Shown piece by piece: positions 14,037 through 26,112 of a stretch of 64,000 bases of DNA; the stretch's first letter is position 1; every line of letters begins with the position of its first letter. A program made the translations under genes and the position numbers. The stretch is from assembly GCF_006345805.1 (NCBI RefSeq), contig NC_042997.1, positions 8,308,001 through 8,372,000 on the forward strand, read 5' to 3'. The notes beneath the pieces were generated by a model that saw only the letters and a list, made by a program, of their open reading frames with translations, was not told the DNA's origin and ran no database searches. Source of the DNA: Octopus sinensis (Eukaryota).

Positions 14037-17000
14037 TTTACGTTGTCGAGCGGTTACTGTTTAAATCTCGTTCAGAGAATTTATTTAATGAATTGATGAA
14101 ATGTTTAACAAAATATGATAACAAAAGATAGGACGGGTTGTCCGTCGCATGAATATGATATAACTATTTTATCTTAAATGTTTATTAAATGAGGGTTTAG
14201 TGTAGGGAAGCATTTCTTCATCAACTGCAATAGCAGTAACAGTAGCAAAAACAACAGTGACATCAGTTATAACAATAAAAGAAACAAAAGCAATTTCTTC
14301 GACAACAGCATAAGCGACGCCAACACCAATAACAGTGGCAGCAGCAAGAATAAGAAGAACGACGGCAACAAAGTAAATGGTGATGGCGTTTCCACGGGTA
14401 GGTAATCTTTTGCTAGAATGGCGACGAAATCAACACAAGACTTCTCTCTCTTCTTAAACGCTAAGGAGATACACCTGATAGAGGTGGTACAACTTGTGAA
14501 AATGAATAGAAGAGCCAAAATTGCAATCCTCGCTGAGATTTTGACTGTAACTGGTCGGAATATAGTGACATATTGCTGCATGTCGACGAAATTCCTCAAA
14601 GAAATAGAGGCAGATATAGCGCAAAGCAATTCGGAAATATGAATGTTCTCTTCAAAAACAAATCCCTCGAGCTCAAGCACATCATATTTTCCGTACGTGA
14701 CAGAGAATGCACTCTTTGCCCGATATATTTAGGGAGAATGACATATCACTTACCAGAACCTATCCAACGCGCCTTGTTAATCATTTTAAACGCTTTGAGA
14801 CCTTCGCATCTCTTATTCGGCTACGAACAATAAACGGAGTATCGGTACAGTTTTGGAAAGGCCTGGGTCTCGAGAACAGTCGATCTCCTTGGATCCGAGA
14901 GTAAATTACTAGTCCTGGACGTGAAACGTTGAAACTCTTTTCCTGGTGAACACAGCAGCGATTAGCTTTTTGACATTCGAATCTGCTGGAACGTATTAAC
15001 AAGAAGTATGCAAGTCGTGTGTGGTGTACGTGTGTGTGTGTGTGTGTGTGTGTATCTGTGTGTCTGTGTGTGTGTGTGTGTGTGTGTTACACTTTCACAA
15101 TTTGGACGAGGTCCTCCTCTGTGTACTGGTTTTCACGGGTTATAAGAATATATATCCATTTTTGGTTAACCTCATCAGATAGCACTTTTTAAACCTTCCT
15201 TACATTAATTTAAGGATTAAACAATTCCGTGAATGAAAAATAATATACTACGTTTAAAATTCGTTTCTAATACAATAAAAGTTTTCGCATTCACTTCATG
15301 ATGTGTTCTTATTTAATATCTTGCAAAAAGATATATATCTTTTACGTATTAAAATACGGATGATATTGAAAACGTATCAGTAACGCGGTGCATTGAAAAC
15401 GGGACTCCTTAAAACATATTAGAAATAGTTTTACTCGTTATGGGAAACGTAAGTTACCAAGAGAAATTATAGAGTCCCATTAACTGGATTGTATCTTCCT
15501 TGTGAACAATTTTGTGTCATTTCTAGCAACTTTTCCTGTTACGATAATGCCCGGTATTTTGCTAGTATATATACGGCTGATGAACAGTTTCCGGCTGTTA
15601 CTGATATATTTAAATGTTTTTTTTATAACATTCTACGTCTATAAGAAATATCATTGCAGGATGAATGATGTAGTTAATTAGGCCTTCAATTTTAAATATG
15701 CTTTAAGTATGACACACACATTGATGTATAAGCGAGTGGGTTCTTATTAACGTAACTCTTTTGGTTTTTATCAACGTAAGATATTCGTCAGTGAAAATTT
15801 AGATAAGCAATGGTTTCATTTTTGCTTTCGTACTTTTGAAACATAAAATGGAGTTAACACGTGATTTTAAATGTGTTTTTTTTCCAACTGTGTAAATGAA
15901 TATATCTCCTATTCTGCACATAATATTGGAAGAGTTTATGGCAATCAAATAAACTTTGATGATTAATGTTATTTCGATGCGTTTATGAAAATTGTGTGTA
16001 CATGTTCTCAAGCTGATTTGATATCTCAATCGTTTGAATAAACGGGAACGTGAAACTCAAAATAATGTTTCAAGATAATTTAACTTCGAATTAAATTATC
16101 AAACTCAACATTATGGATTTAGAATTTTTACGTGAATTTATTCGTATGAAATGCACAGGCCCTCCAATCTGCACAACATATATTTACCCGCACAGCTGCA
16201 CGCACTCATGCACACACATATATAAAATCATGTACATAAGTTTATGATTCCATACATTCCTATAGTCATTCGATTCTAATCTCTGTTCTTTTTGTATTTT
16301 TAGTAATATAGCTATCAATGGAATGAAAAGTAACTGATTGGAGCCATAATGTTAAAATATGCACACTATAAACTAATCAAAAGTTGATAAAAGTGGCTTT
16401 ATAGAGAAGAATATAGACTACAACCTGGGGAAAATTAGATTAAATCGAATTATTAAGCATTCATATACACATCCACACGCACGAACACACAGATACAGTC
16501 ACATACATATTTTTATATATTTCGTAGATTCTGAAATTCATACATTTATACATACGTACATACAAACGTACATACGTACGTACATACATACATACGCAAA
16601 TATATCCCGTTTAATAGAAGATGGAAAGTTATCTTAAATTGGTAAATAAATAAATAGATTCTTCTAAGATTGAGAGTAAAAAGAAGAAAGAGCATAATTA
16701 TCGGAAGAATAGAGAGGAAGCAGCAAGGGTGAAGAGAGGACTCAATATTTTACGACATCAATGTCTTTCTCTAGTCTCGATCACTTTGAAATTATTGTAA
16801 CTGGGATTTGAATCTGACGTACAGGGTTATAAGATGCTATAACTTAAGCATGATTTGTGCTAATATACACCCGCTTGAATCTCAGATAATTATAACGTTG
16901 ATTTTTTTCCATTATAAAAATTACAGCCACCTCCATTCTACTGGTTCGAGGAATTGTTACAGCGAATTTTAGCATTTTATAATTTGCAACGAAATATCAA

Positions 17001-18059
17001 GATTCAGAAATATTCGCTAAAGAGGTGGTATGTGTACTGAGGACTTTCCTGGTACCAAATATAATATTTTCTTTCGCACAAAACGAATTTGCCATACCAC
17101 GGATATTTTTCACATATTAAAAAAAAATCATTTATTCAATCAACATATAAAGTTTATTAGCGATAACCATGATCATATTTGATATGTGAATACATAAGCA
17201 TATCTTATTTTCTGCATCTGACACATGAATATATAAATGTACATCGTATTTCAACTTGTTTTTAGCTAGCTATCAAAACTTTCTGACTTACCATATTTCA
17301 GATACTTACGAATATACTTCATATGTATTGTAAAGCTATACAGTTGTTTGAATATTCGATAACGTTAAATTGTATGTTTTCTTTCAAAAATAACTGGGAG
17401 TACGTAATAATTCCATGCAATGCATTACATTGATAAAGCAAAGTGGATTTAATTATTTCAAAATGATATTTTTAAGACTACTCATGGAACAGGTAAATGA
17501 ATGAATAACAACATTGAAGAGGATAAATTATTCAATGAATTAACGAAATAAATGGTTGGGTGAATAGTCCTAAATTTCCAGAGTGCGTTTTAATATTAAC
17601 CCTATAATCACCACCATCACCGTCATCATCATTACCATGCGAAATTTATTGGAACAACTGAAAAATTTAAATTAAAGAAAGCATTGATTACTGAATTGAT
17701 TATACTTAACAAATAAATCTTAACTTCAGCACTATCATCATCATCATCATCGTCATCATTCATTATCCTCTGGATGACGGTTGGTTTAATGGAATAGGAG
17801 GATTTCCATTGAAGTTTAGAGTTACAGAAAAACAATTTTAAAATATGTTATTATACAAATTAAATCAAGATAGATTTTCTTCAGTTAATAAATAATATTA
17901 AACAAATATAAGATTTAAAGCATTAACGAATTAAATCATCGTAAAGAATCGTAATCTGAATTGAAATTCATTAGTTTATTTTTGTTTTTCAAGTAAATCA
18001 CTAAGTGCGAGTTAAAGGGGATAAATGATTCTAAGCCATTAATTGTTTTTCTATTATTC

Positions 18060-18295
18060 AGTGGCTAAGATGAAGTAAACATTTCAAATAATTGTTTCTG
18101 ACACAGGCATAAAGCTAGAGGCTTGGGAGCAGAGTTTAGTCGATTACATCGACCTCAAAGTCGTGACAAGTACTTTATTTGAGCGACTCCAAAGGGGATT
18201 AACACCAAAATAGATCTCTGCGAAATTTGAACTCAGAACATATACAGTCGGAAAAAACACATCATAGCATTTTCCAATGCACTGGTGATTGAGCC
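18060..18295 (-). mobile_element. Decayed SINE, family S3
   Basis: GTCGATTACATCGACC...GAAATTTGAACTCAGAAC block. Confidence 0.6.
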
Positions 18296-18454
18296 AATTA
18301 AACACTAATGAAGAGAATCAAGCCACACATATATACAAAGATACACACGCACACTTACATTTAACATACACAAGTACGCATTTGTTGGATTCGCGCGCCC
18401 ATACACACACCGACACATACACACACACCAACACACACACATATATATACATAT

Positions 18455-18529
<75 letters not shown>

Positions 18530-18992
18530 TGATGGGTAAAGATGACTAGTGCAAAAATTATTTACACGAACGATTAAACAATTATATCATTAATTATTAA
18601 ATCAGAGTAACGGAAGTGAGACTAATTCAAACTAATTTGCATAAGAATTTCTTGGTTTTATTTGGTATATCGTCTGGTGTGAAATAGGAAAACAAATATA
18701 TGAGGGGATAATGATAGACCCAACAACAATACTTGTTACTAGCATCGACAAATATTTGTGACGAGATTGTCTTAATCGATAGCGTTAGTTTGACTGGTTC
18801 ATTGTTTTATTGGCCCGGATTTTGTTCTCTTGTTTCCATGAAAGGATGTTTTTACCTGATGTATAAGAAACTAACAACACTTGAAGCTATGAGGCTGGGA
18901 TCACGATGACAAGGAGAATTCGAATTTTGAATTGGACAGAGGATTGTCCTTGAGTAAAGCCTTATATTTCGTGTTGCTCCAATCTTGTCAGC

Positions 18993-19059
<67 letters not shown>

Positions 19060-19062
<3 letters not shown>

Positions 19063-19283
19063 CATGTGTACTTCGTAAACACCAGTCGCTTTTTTTTTCT
19101 CCCTCTGTTTGCCCACCTCGGGATGTTTCTTTCCTCTCTCTTCCATCTTTATGTTTCCGACGAAGTGCTCCGCTCGAAACGTCATACCTTCCTGCTTCCA
19201 TCTTTCCTGAGCGCCTATTAATAATAATACTGTAATTGTTCCACGTGTTGTTGTTTTTTCTGTTTTCCCGTTTGGATTAAAAT

Positions 19284-19286
<3 letters not shown>
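19060..19286 (+). mobile_element. Short (AT)n-embedded non-autonomous element with degenerate minimal hammerhead (PLE pLTR-like)
   Basis: Homologous to 52720-52928; contains CCGACGA-A-GTGC-TCC-GCTC-GAAA-C-GTC (19157-19183); (AT)n on both sides. Confidence 0.65.
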
Positions 19287-19318
<32 letters not shown>

Positions 19319-19478
19319 GTATGTATATATACATGTATGTGTGTATGTATGTATGTATTATATACTACTCTCATCTCGAGATTTAACAGCTAGCTACTTT
19401 GCTGGTTGCAAATCAGTGACCGATGGTCGCTTCGTTTACATAATATTGCTAGCTTGAGCGGGCACTGAACATCTCTCT

Positions 19479-19550
19479 GGCGACCAGGTGTTTGCGACTG
19501 AAGATGAGAAAATTAACTCGAAACTAAATCAGTCTCGCGATCCCGTCGTC
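19479..19550 (+). ncRNA. Type I hammerhead ribozyme, intact core
   Basis: CUGAAGA 19498-19504; extra U; stem II GAG/CUC; GAAA 19520-19523; stem III CU/AG; GUC 19532-19534; stem I UUGCGA/UCGCGA, extendable by GG/CC and GGCGAC/GUCGUC. Confidence 0.8.
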
Positions 19551-19974
19551 TGCTGGACGATGGTAGGGGATCATCGTCCCTGCTGGCAATATATATGTAC
19601 AGGGTGAAATGCTGCACCGCTAAACAACTGGCGGAAGATCTACCTGAGGTTAAACTAGTAGCAACATGGGGCAACCAATTTGATGTGGCGATTAACTCTA
19701 CTTATGTATATATACATATATCGGACTTCTTATAAGTTGACAAGCCGAGTTGAGTTTAACCCCAGGCGTGGTAAGAGACACCGAAGAGAATTAAGATGTT
19801 CTGCATCAAAATTCGAAATCACTGGTGATCTGGCTATAACCGGTAGAGCGGTTGTCTCCTTTGTCAGTCATTAAGATAGAGCTTCTGTGGCTATTGAGCT
19901 GCTTTGACTCTTATTTCTAGCAATGCTGGTACTATTTAGTACACTCTGTCACTTTCGTGACGTCTATATACTAA

Positions 19975-20365
19975 AGGAGTGGCTGTGTTATAAGAAGCTT
20001 GCTTCCAAACAATATGGTAACGGGTTCAGTCCCACGTCGGGCCGACCAAAACCTTGTGAGAGTGTTTGGTAGACGGAAACTGAAAGAAGCCCGTTGTATA
20101 TATATATTTATATATATATATATATACACGTATATATACACGCATGTATGGATGGAAGTATGGATGTATTTGTGTGTCTCTGTTTGTCCCCCACCATCGC
20201 TTCACACCCGACGTTGGGGTGTTTACGCCAAGTAAATTAGCGGTTCGGCCAAAGACACCGATAGAATAAGCACTAGGCTTACAAAGAATAACTTCTGAGT
20301 CCTATATGAGTCAGAAAACCCATTAAAGTAATGCCTCAGTATGGCTGCTGTCAATTAGAAGAATA
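19975..20365 (+). mobile_element. SINE, family S2
   Basis: AGGAGTGGCTGTGT...GGGTTCAGTCCCAC head and body as at 41028-41433, with an internal deletion. Confidence 0.85.
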
Positions 20366-20490
20366 GACTTGTACATACATGCATAAGTAGATAAACATTT
20401 TTCTGTATGTATATGCATAGGTATATGTATATATACATGTATATACATATATATATATAATATATATATATATATTATATATATATATAT

Positions 20491-20533
<43 letters not shown>

Positions 20534-20549
20534 TAAGTACATATGTATA

Positions 20550-20597
<48 letters not shown>

Positions 20598-20599
20598 TA

Positions 20600-21480
20600 T
20601 ACTAGCTGGCGTACCAGGTAAATGCCGGGAAAGCGGGGCTTATCTTTTGGTTCCGTTCTCATAATTCATTCGCTAATCCAATTACAACAATATAAAGTAT
20701 GTAGCCCTTAAAACGGTTTCCATGCATTTACAGACAATAACGAAGTGCCTTACACAGGATCTTGTTTTTACGAATTCCCAATAATTCATGAATACCCAAA
20801 CTTTGAAGTCAGTTATGTAATAACATGAAATTAGGTACCCGATAATAAGAATTCAAAGAAAGTTGCCTCGAAAACGTCTTTAATGCGTTCCTAGAGTATA
20901 TACATCTTAGGAGGAAATACTAATAAGGTATGTATAATAAAATCGTGAAGCATATTACGTAATAACAGGCTAATCAGACATGAGATAATATCAATTCAAA
21001 GTAAATAACTTTGTGCGTTCCATAGAATGTTACCCTCAGCGGTGCTAGTGTTGGTATATTCGTGAATAAGTCACTAACCGAAATAACTGGATCTATTGTT
21101 TAGGAAAATACCATTTACTTGTTTAAGGATTGTGCAGGATAAATTGCGAAAATAACTCTAACAGTTCAAATACTAAGAAATAAGCATACCCAATTTGATT
21201 TTTACCAAATGATTTAGGAAAGTGAATGGGTTATTTCTCTTGGCTGTTAAAATCAGGCTGTATGGGTTATTTCCCTTGGTTGTTAAAATTAAATATATTA
21301 GACATATATAAAGATTCCTTCCAGGGGCCTTATCATCGTTTTTTTTTTCAACAATCTGAGTATGCCATGAAGTTTCCAGATTCACATGTCAAGTTTCATC
21401 AAAAATCGATAAAACGATGTAGGATGAGTTAGCTAACAACTCCACAAATACACCCACAGACGGAATTTCCCACATATGTA
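20600..21480 (+). mobile_element. Helentron-associated (HINE/Lep1-like) non-autonomous element, decayed
   Basis: 5' ACTAGCTGGCGTACCAGGTAAATGCCGGG and 3' AAGTTTCATCAAAAATCG...ACAGACGG, typical of this class from general knowledge. Confidence 0.45.
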
Positions 21481-21484
21481 GTGG

Positions 21485-21545
<61 letters not shown>

Positions 21546-22307
21546 TCACATATATATATATATACACATATATATGTATGCACAAACATACATACGCACG
21601 CACACACACACACACACACACATAAATATGTACATATAAATTCCGAAACCTAGCTACACGAATATCCGAGTAACATTATCTACAAATGTATGTTTTGAAT
21701 TCTGTAACCGTTCGCCCGCTAACGTTTGTTTTCCGTCGTATTCTCAGTGCTTTCCGGTGATTTATTTAGGGATTTAACTCCTATGTTTAACGGATATAGC
21801 GTAAGAATGCCCTTATGCTTAACGCAAGTTTAAAATGTATAGCTATTTAATGCTCTTTAGTACCTGTTAACCACCTATATAATCGTTGCTGTTATCGATT
21901 ACTTATATTTACCGTAGATAATGTTACCAATAATAATATCGTTATGAATATTCAAATTTGAATATTCGACTCATTTTATATACAAACACACACACACAGA
22001 TTTGTTTGCATGTATGTATAACTAGGTATTTATATATAGTCAATTCATGTAAACAATCGATTCAAATAAACGAGTAATATTTATATATATATTTGCTACC
22101 CTGAAATTTATTAATAATGATATAATGATTTTCTGACTAATTTTGGAAGAAATTCGGCATTTTTTTTATTTGATACCGATAAAAAAAACCACGCTTGCTC
22201 GGTGGATTTGAAAAATTATACCATGTAAGCACGTGGCATGTTCTGTATTGCCTCGTATTTATATGTTAATCTTGGCTTTCCTACTAATGATAGCTGCGCC
22301 TAGCAAA

Positions 22308-22354
22308 TTATTTTATTTGCTGAAGATAGCTTGAAACCATGGTACAGGAAATAG
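22308..22354 (+). ncRNA. Candidate minimal hammerhead (palindromic stem III, vestigial stem II)
   Basis: CUGAAGA 22320-22326; GAAA 22333-22336; palindrome ACCAUGGU ending in GUA; stem I UUG/CAG; stem II reduced to UAGCUU. Confidence 0.4.
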
Positions 22355-23029
22355 ATGGTAAATGTTTTTCTTTTTCTTTCCCTTTCGTAATTACCCCTAA
22401 TAGTGGTTTATATTTTAACTACTCCTTCTAGCGGGTTAGATGTCCTATTATGGCCATCTCTTATGTGTTTAAATGTACACTGTATTTATATATGTGTGTG
22501 TGTGTGTGTGTGCGTGTGTGTACGTGTACATATGTATGTAAGTAGGTTTATATCCAGCGATGAGAATAACAACAAAAACGGCAAAGTGAAGACATGATAT
22601 TATTAAAATAAGAGATGTGAAATGGGGAGATAAATCTGAGTGAGAAAGGGCAGAACAGATTTCTTCAAATTAATGTTATTTCTTACTGGAGACGCAAATA
22701 TTTAAAATACATTCTATAAAAATAATGGAATTAAGTGTCGTAGAATCACTAACTTACTCATTCCATCTACAACCATAAATTCATACATACCTCTTTCTCT
22801 TTCCACTCCCATTTCTATATCTTGGTGCGTGTATATATATATTGTGTAGCGGTATGAATAACCTATATAAATCTATTCACGCTCAAACGGATGTGTATCT
22901 ATTTATGTATACATTTATCCCTGTATGTATGTGTATGTATGCGTAAGACTGTGTGCGTGTATCCATATAGAACTACGTATGCATCCATACTAAAACGCAT
23001 ATAAGAATGTTTGCACAAGAACACACACA

Positions 23030-23066
<37 letters not shown>

Positions 23067-23844
23067 ACACACACACACACATACACACACACACACACAC
23101 ACAAACACACATGTAAGCATGTATGTCTAAATATACGCTCCAAGCTCCATGCTTATAAAAACAATACAATTCAATGCTCAATTCTCAGCGCCCACCTCAA
23201 AAAAGTAATATTGCATTATTAAATATTGTCAACGGAAACAAAAAATCTATTTACTCAGTTATATCCATACATATCCATACATGCATACAACCGCATACAC
23301 AGACATACACACGCACATACACAAACGAACGCACGCGCACATGCACACACACACACGCACGTATGCTTATTTCGTTTAGTTTTCTTAGAAGGCATTAAAT
23401 TAATTAGTTCGTGTGATTGTAAGGGACTATATCTCTACTACCTACAGAGAAGCAATGCGAAATCTTATTTCTGTTAATAAGTTTCGTCTGGATTTATAAA
23501 GCATATGTGACTGTTCTTGGCACCATACTGGTTTTACTTGTAAAGATTAGTTAGTCTATAGACAATGTTATGAGAAAGATGTTTTTTAAACTTCAGGACA
23601 GGAACAAAAGATTTCAATTTTGCAACAGTGAGAGACACACAAACGACGACTTTCCCTACAGTAATATTCATATGTGTGTGAGTGTACGTGTGTACGTGTG
23701 CTTGTGTGTGCGTGGATGTATATGTAAGTACATAATCTATATATATGTATGTATATGTGTATTTATATATATGTGTGTGTGTGTGTGCGTACGCACATAC
23801 ACACACATACAAACACACAAACACACACACATATCTATATATTC

Positions 23845-24575
23845 AGAAGGCCAGAAGAGTCTTACCTTTGTTGGAAACGAAAGGTCTCTCTCCGAGTGAA
23901 AGGAAGATTGTAAGATGCATGTATACGAACAGCAATGACAGAGGTGAGATGTGGGCCCTGAATGCAGAAGAAATGCAAGAGCTAGAGGGGAATTAAACAA
24001 GCGTACTCCGTTAGATGTACAATGTAAGTGTACATGTGCGGCAGAGCGCTAGTGGTTTGAGGAGAAAAGCTAGGCATGAGAGGAATTAGGTACAATGTGC
24101 CAGAAGGAAGACTGCACTGGCTTTGTCATACGATGCGTATCGATGTAGACAGTTGCATACAAAAGCACCGATCACTTAAAGTAGGTGGAACTTGTGAAAG
24201 AGAAAGACCCAGGAAGACATGGGACGAAATACTGAAGGCGTATCACAAGAGACTGTGTCATATGAAGGAGATGACTAAGGACCGATACCTAGCGCACTGC
24301 TGTACTCAACAAGACCCGCCTGTCAGCAGAATTGATATCTGTGCTGGTGCCACATAAAAGTACATGTACTGGTGCCACGTTAAAAGTATTTGCGGTGGTT
24401 CCACATAAACAGAACCCAATACACTCTGTGTAATAGCTGGCTTTAGGAAAGGCATCTAACCATAGAAAGCGTGCTAGAACAGACAATGGAGCCTGGTGCG
24501 GCCTCTGTCCTTAACAGCTCCGCTCAATCTGACCAACCCATGCCAGCATGGAAAACGGATTTAATCGATGATAGG
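23845..24575 (+). mobile_element. RTE-clade LINE 3' fragment with 3' UTR
   Basis: Frameshifted LPLLETKGLS..., EMWALNAEEMQELE, RLHWLCHTMRIDVDSCIQK...RERPRKTWDE (RTE C-terminus); tandem GCTGGTGCCAC units; CCAACCCATGCCAGCATGGAAAACGG tail. Confidence 0.85.
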
Positions 24576-24628
24576 GATATATAAATATCTTTAATCTCTC
24601 TCTCTCTCTATCTCCTCACTTCATATTC

Positions 24629-24664
24629 CTTTCTGTTGAAGAGCATAGGCTCGAAACGTAAAAG
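24629..24664 (+). ncRNA. Minimal hammerhead motif (core A6 to U variant)
   Basis: CUUU-CUGUUGA-A-GAGC-AUAG-GCUC-GAAA-C-GUA-AAAG. Confidence 0.6.
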
Positions 24665-24757
24665 ACTTTCTTACTTTCCCAAGCATCAAACTAATACACT
24701 AGTTTGTTGTTCATCCACTTGTCTTCGTCTTTTGTTTTCCTGTAAATTTCAACTACA

Positions 24758-24812
<55 letters not shown>

Positions 24813-24908
24813 CAGAAATCTTTCTTATATATACACTGATAACTAGTATTTACACACGTGCAGTTGGCGATTTCTTTTCCTTCTTTTGGCTTTTTTCCCC
24901 CTTTCTCC

Positions 24909-24942
24909 TTTTCGAAGAAGAGCTATGCTTGAAACATCAAAC
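24909..24942 (+). ncRNA. Degenerate minimal hammerhead motif
   Basis: UUU-UCGAAGA-A-GAGC-UAU-GCUU-GAAA-C-AUC-AAAC; same layout as 52790-52824 with substitutions. Confidence 0.45.
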
Positions 24943-25239
24943 CCTCTCTCTTTTCACCGAGCGTCAAGTTGATACATTTCTTGTACATGTCCTCTTGTTG
25001 TCCGTTAATATTACTCGTTTATTTGAATCGATTGTTTATATGAATTGACTATATATAAATACCTAGTTATACATACATACATGCAAACAAACATGTAAAC
25101 AAATATGCCTGGCCTTTCATTGTATACGTCAACCTATTCATGGAGTCACATGCGGTGCGTTTATATAAATTTTAGACCGGGTGAAATACATCTGCCTCCA
25201 TAAATGAGCACAAATGATTTCTTCCGGAGTGAGTGAAGA

Positions 25240-25299
<60 letters not shown>

Positions 25300-26112
25300 T
25301 CTAAGAGAAAAAGACGAAATTTATTTCAGTACAGAACTGGCAAAGTCGATCTCGGTAATATTTGAAATCGGAGCACAAAGTGTTCGAAACTTCTAATACA
25401 CAAGAGTGTTCGCCAGGCTCCATATGATTTGCCAACTATCTGCCGATAATACAGACTCTCACTCATGTAGACTCGCATGCATACACAAATATAACAAATT
25501 TTATCAATGCATGATCTTAGTTGAAAATTTAATTCTCAGAACATAGGATAAATTTTTCCTAATATAATGTAATTTTGTAGAAGCTGTGAGTCGATGTAGT
25601 ATACTCACCGACAAGTCAATAAAGCATTCAATATAAGACTAACGAATCACATGTTATTTTCCTTCCCTCTCGCCATTACTTTTGTTGACTATTTCCACCC
25701 TACACAAACGTTCTTCTTCTCCTTCATCTCCTTCATGAACGTTGATTGCATCTGCTCTGTCTACAAAAGCACAATTTTATCTGCGAGGACAATTTCATCA
25801 TGCTAACATTATTTTGAGAAGTTTATGTTTGCGAAACTTTGCGCAAGATATTCATCATGGACAACAAATAATTTTATATTACGAACAGAAATAAGGCCCT
25901 GCACCAATTCTCATACACAGATGCGTATAACTTGAATAGATACATAACTATTTAAATGTTTATATAAGAACTGATATTCTAAAAAGATTGGCCTTGACAT
26001 GGACATGGCGTTTTGCCTGAGGGGTTAATAAAATGAACAAGGCAAATAAGATGCCCAGCAAAAATATAATTTTCCAGACAAAATAAATTAAATAATAATG
26101 ATGATCATTAAT

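Noticed and set aside
15120-15190. Minus-strand CUGAUGA-GG-UUAA-CC-AAAA next to (GT)n
   Set aside because: G12 is missing and no consistent stem I/III with an NUH triplet could be built; at most a dead relic
21946-21967. 22-bp palindrome GAATATTCAAATTTGAATATTC as a heat-shock element
   Set aside because: The two GAAnnTTC units are 14 bp apart, out of the 5-bp HSE phase; AT-rich palindromes of this size are weak evidence
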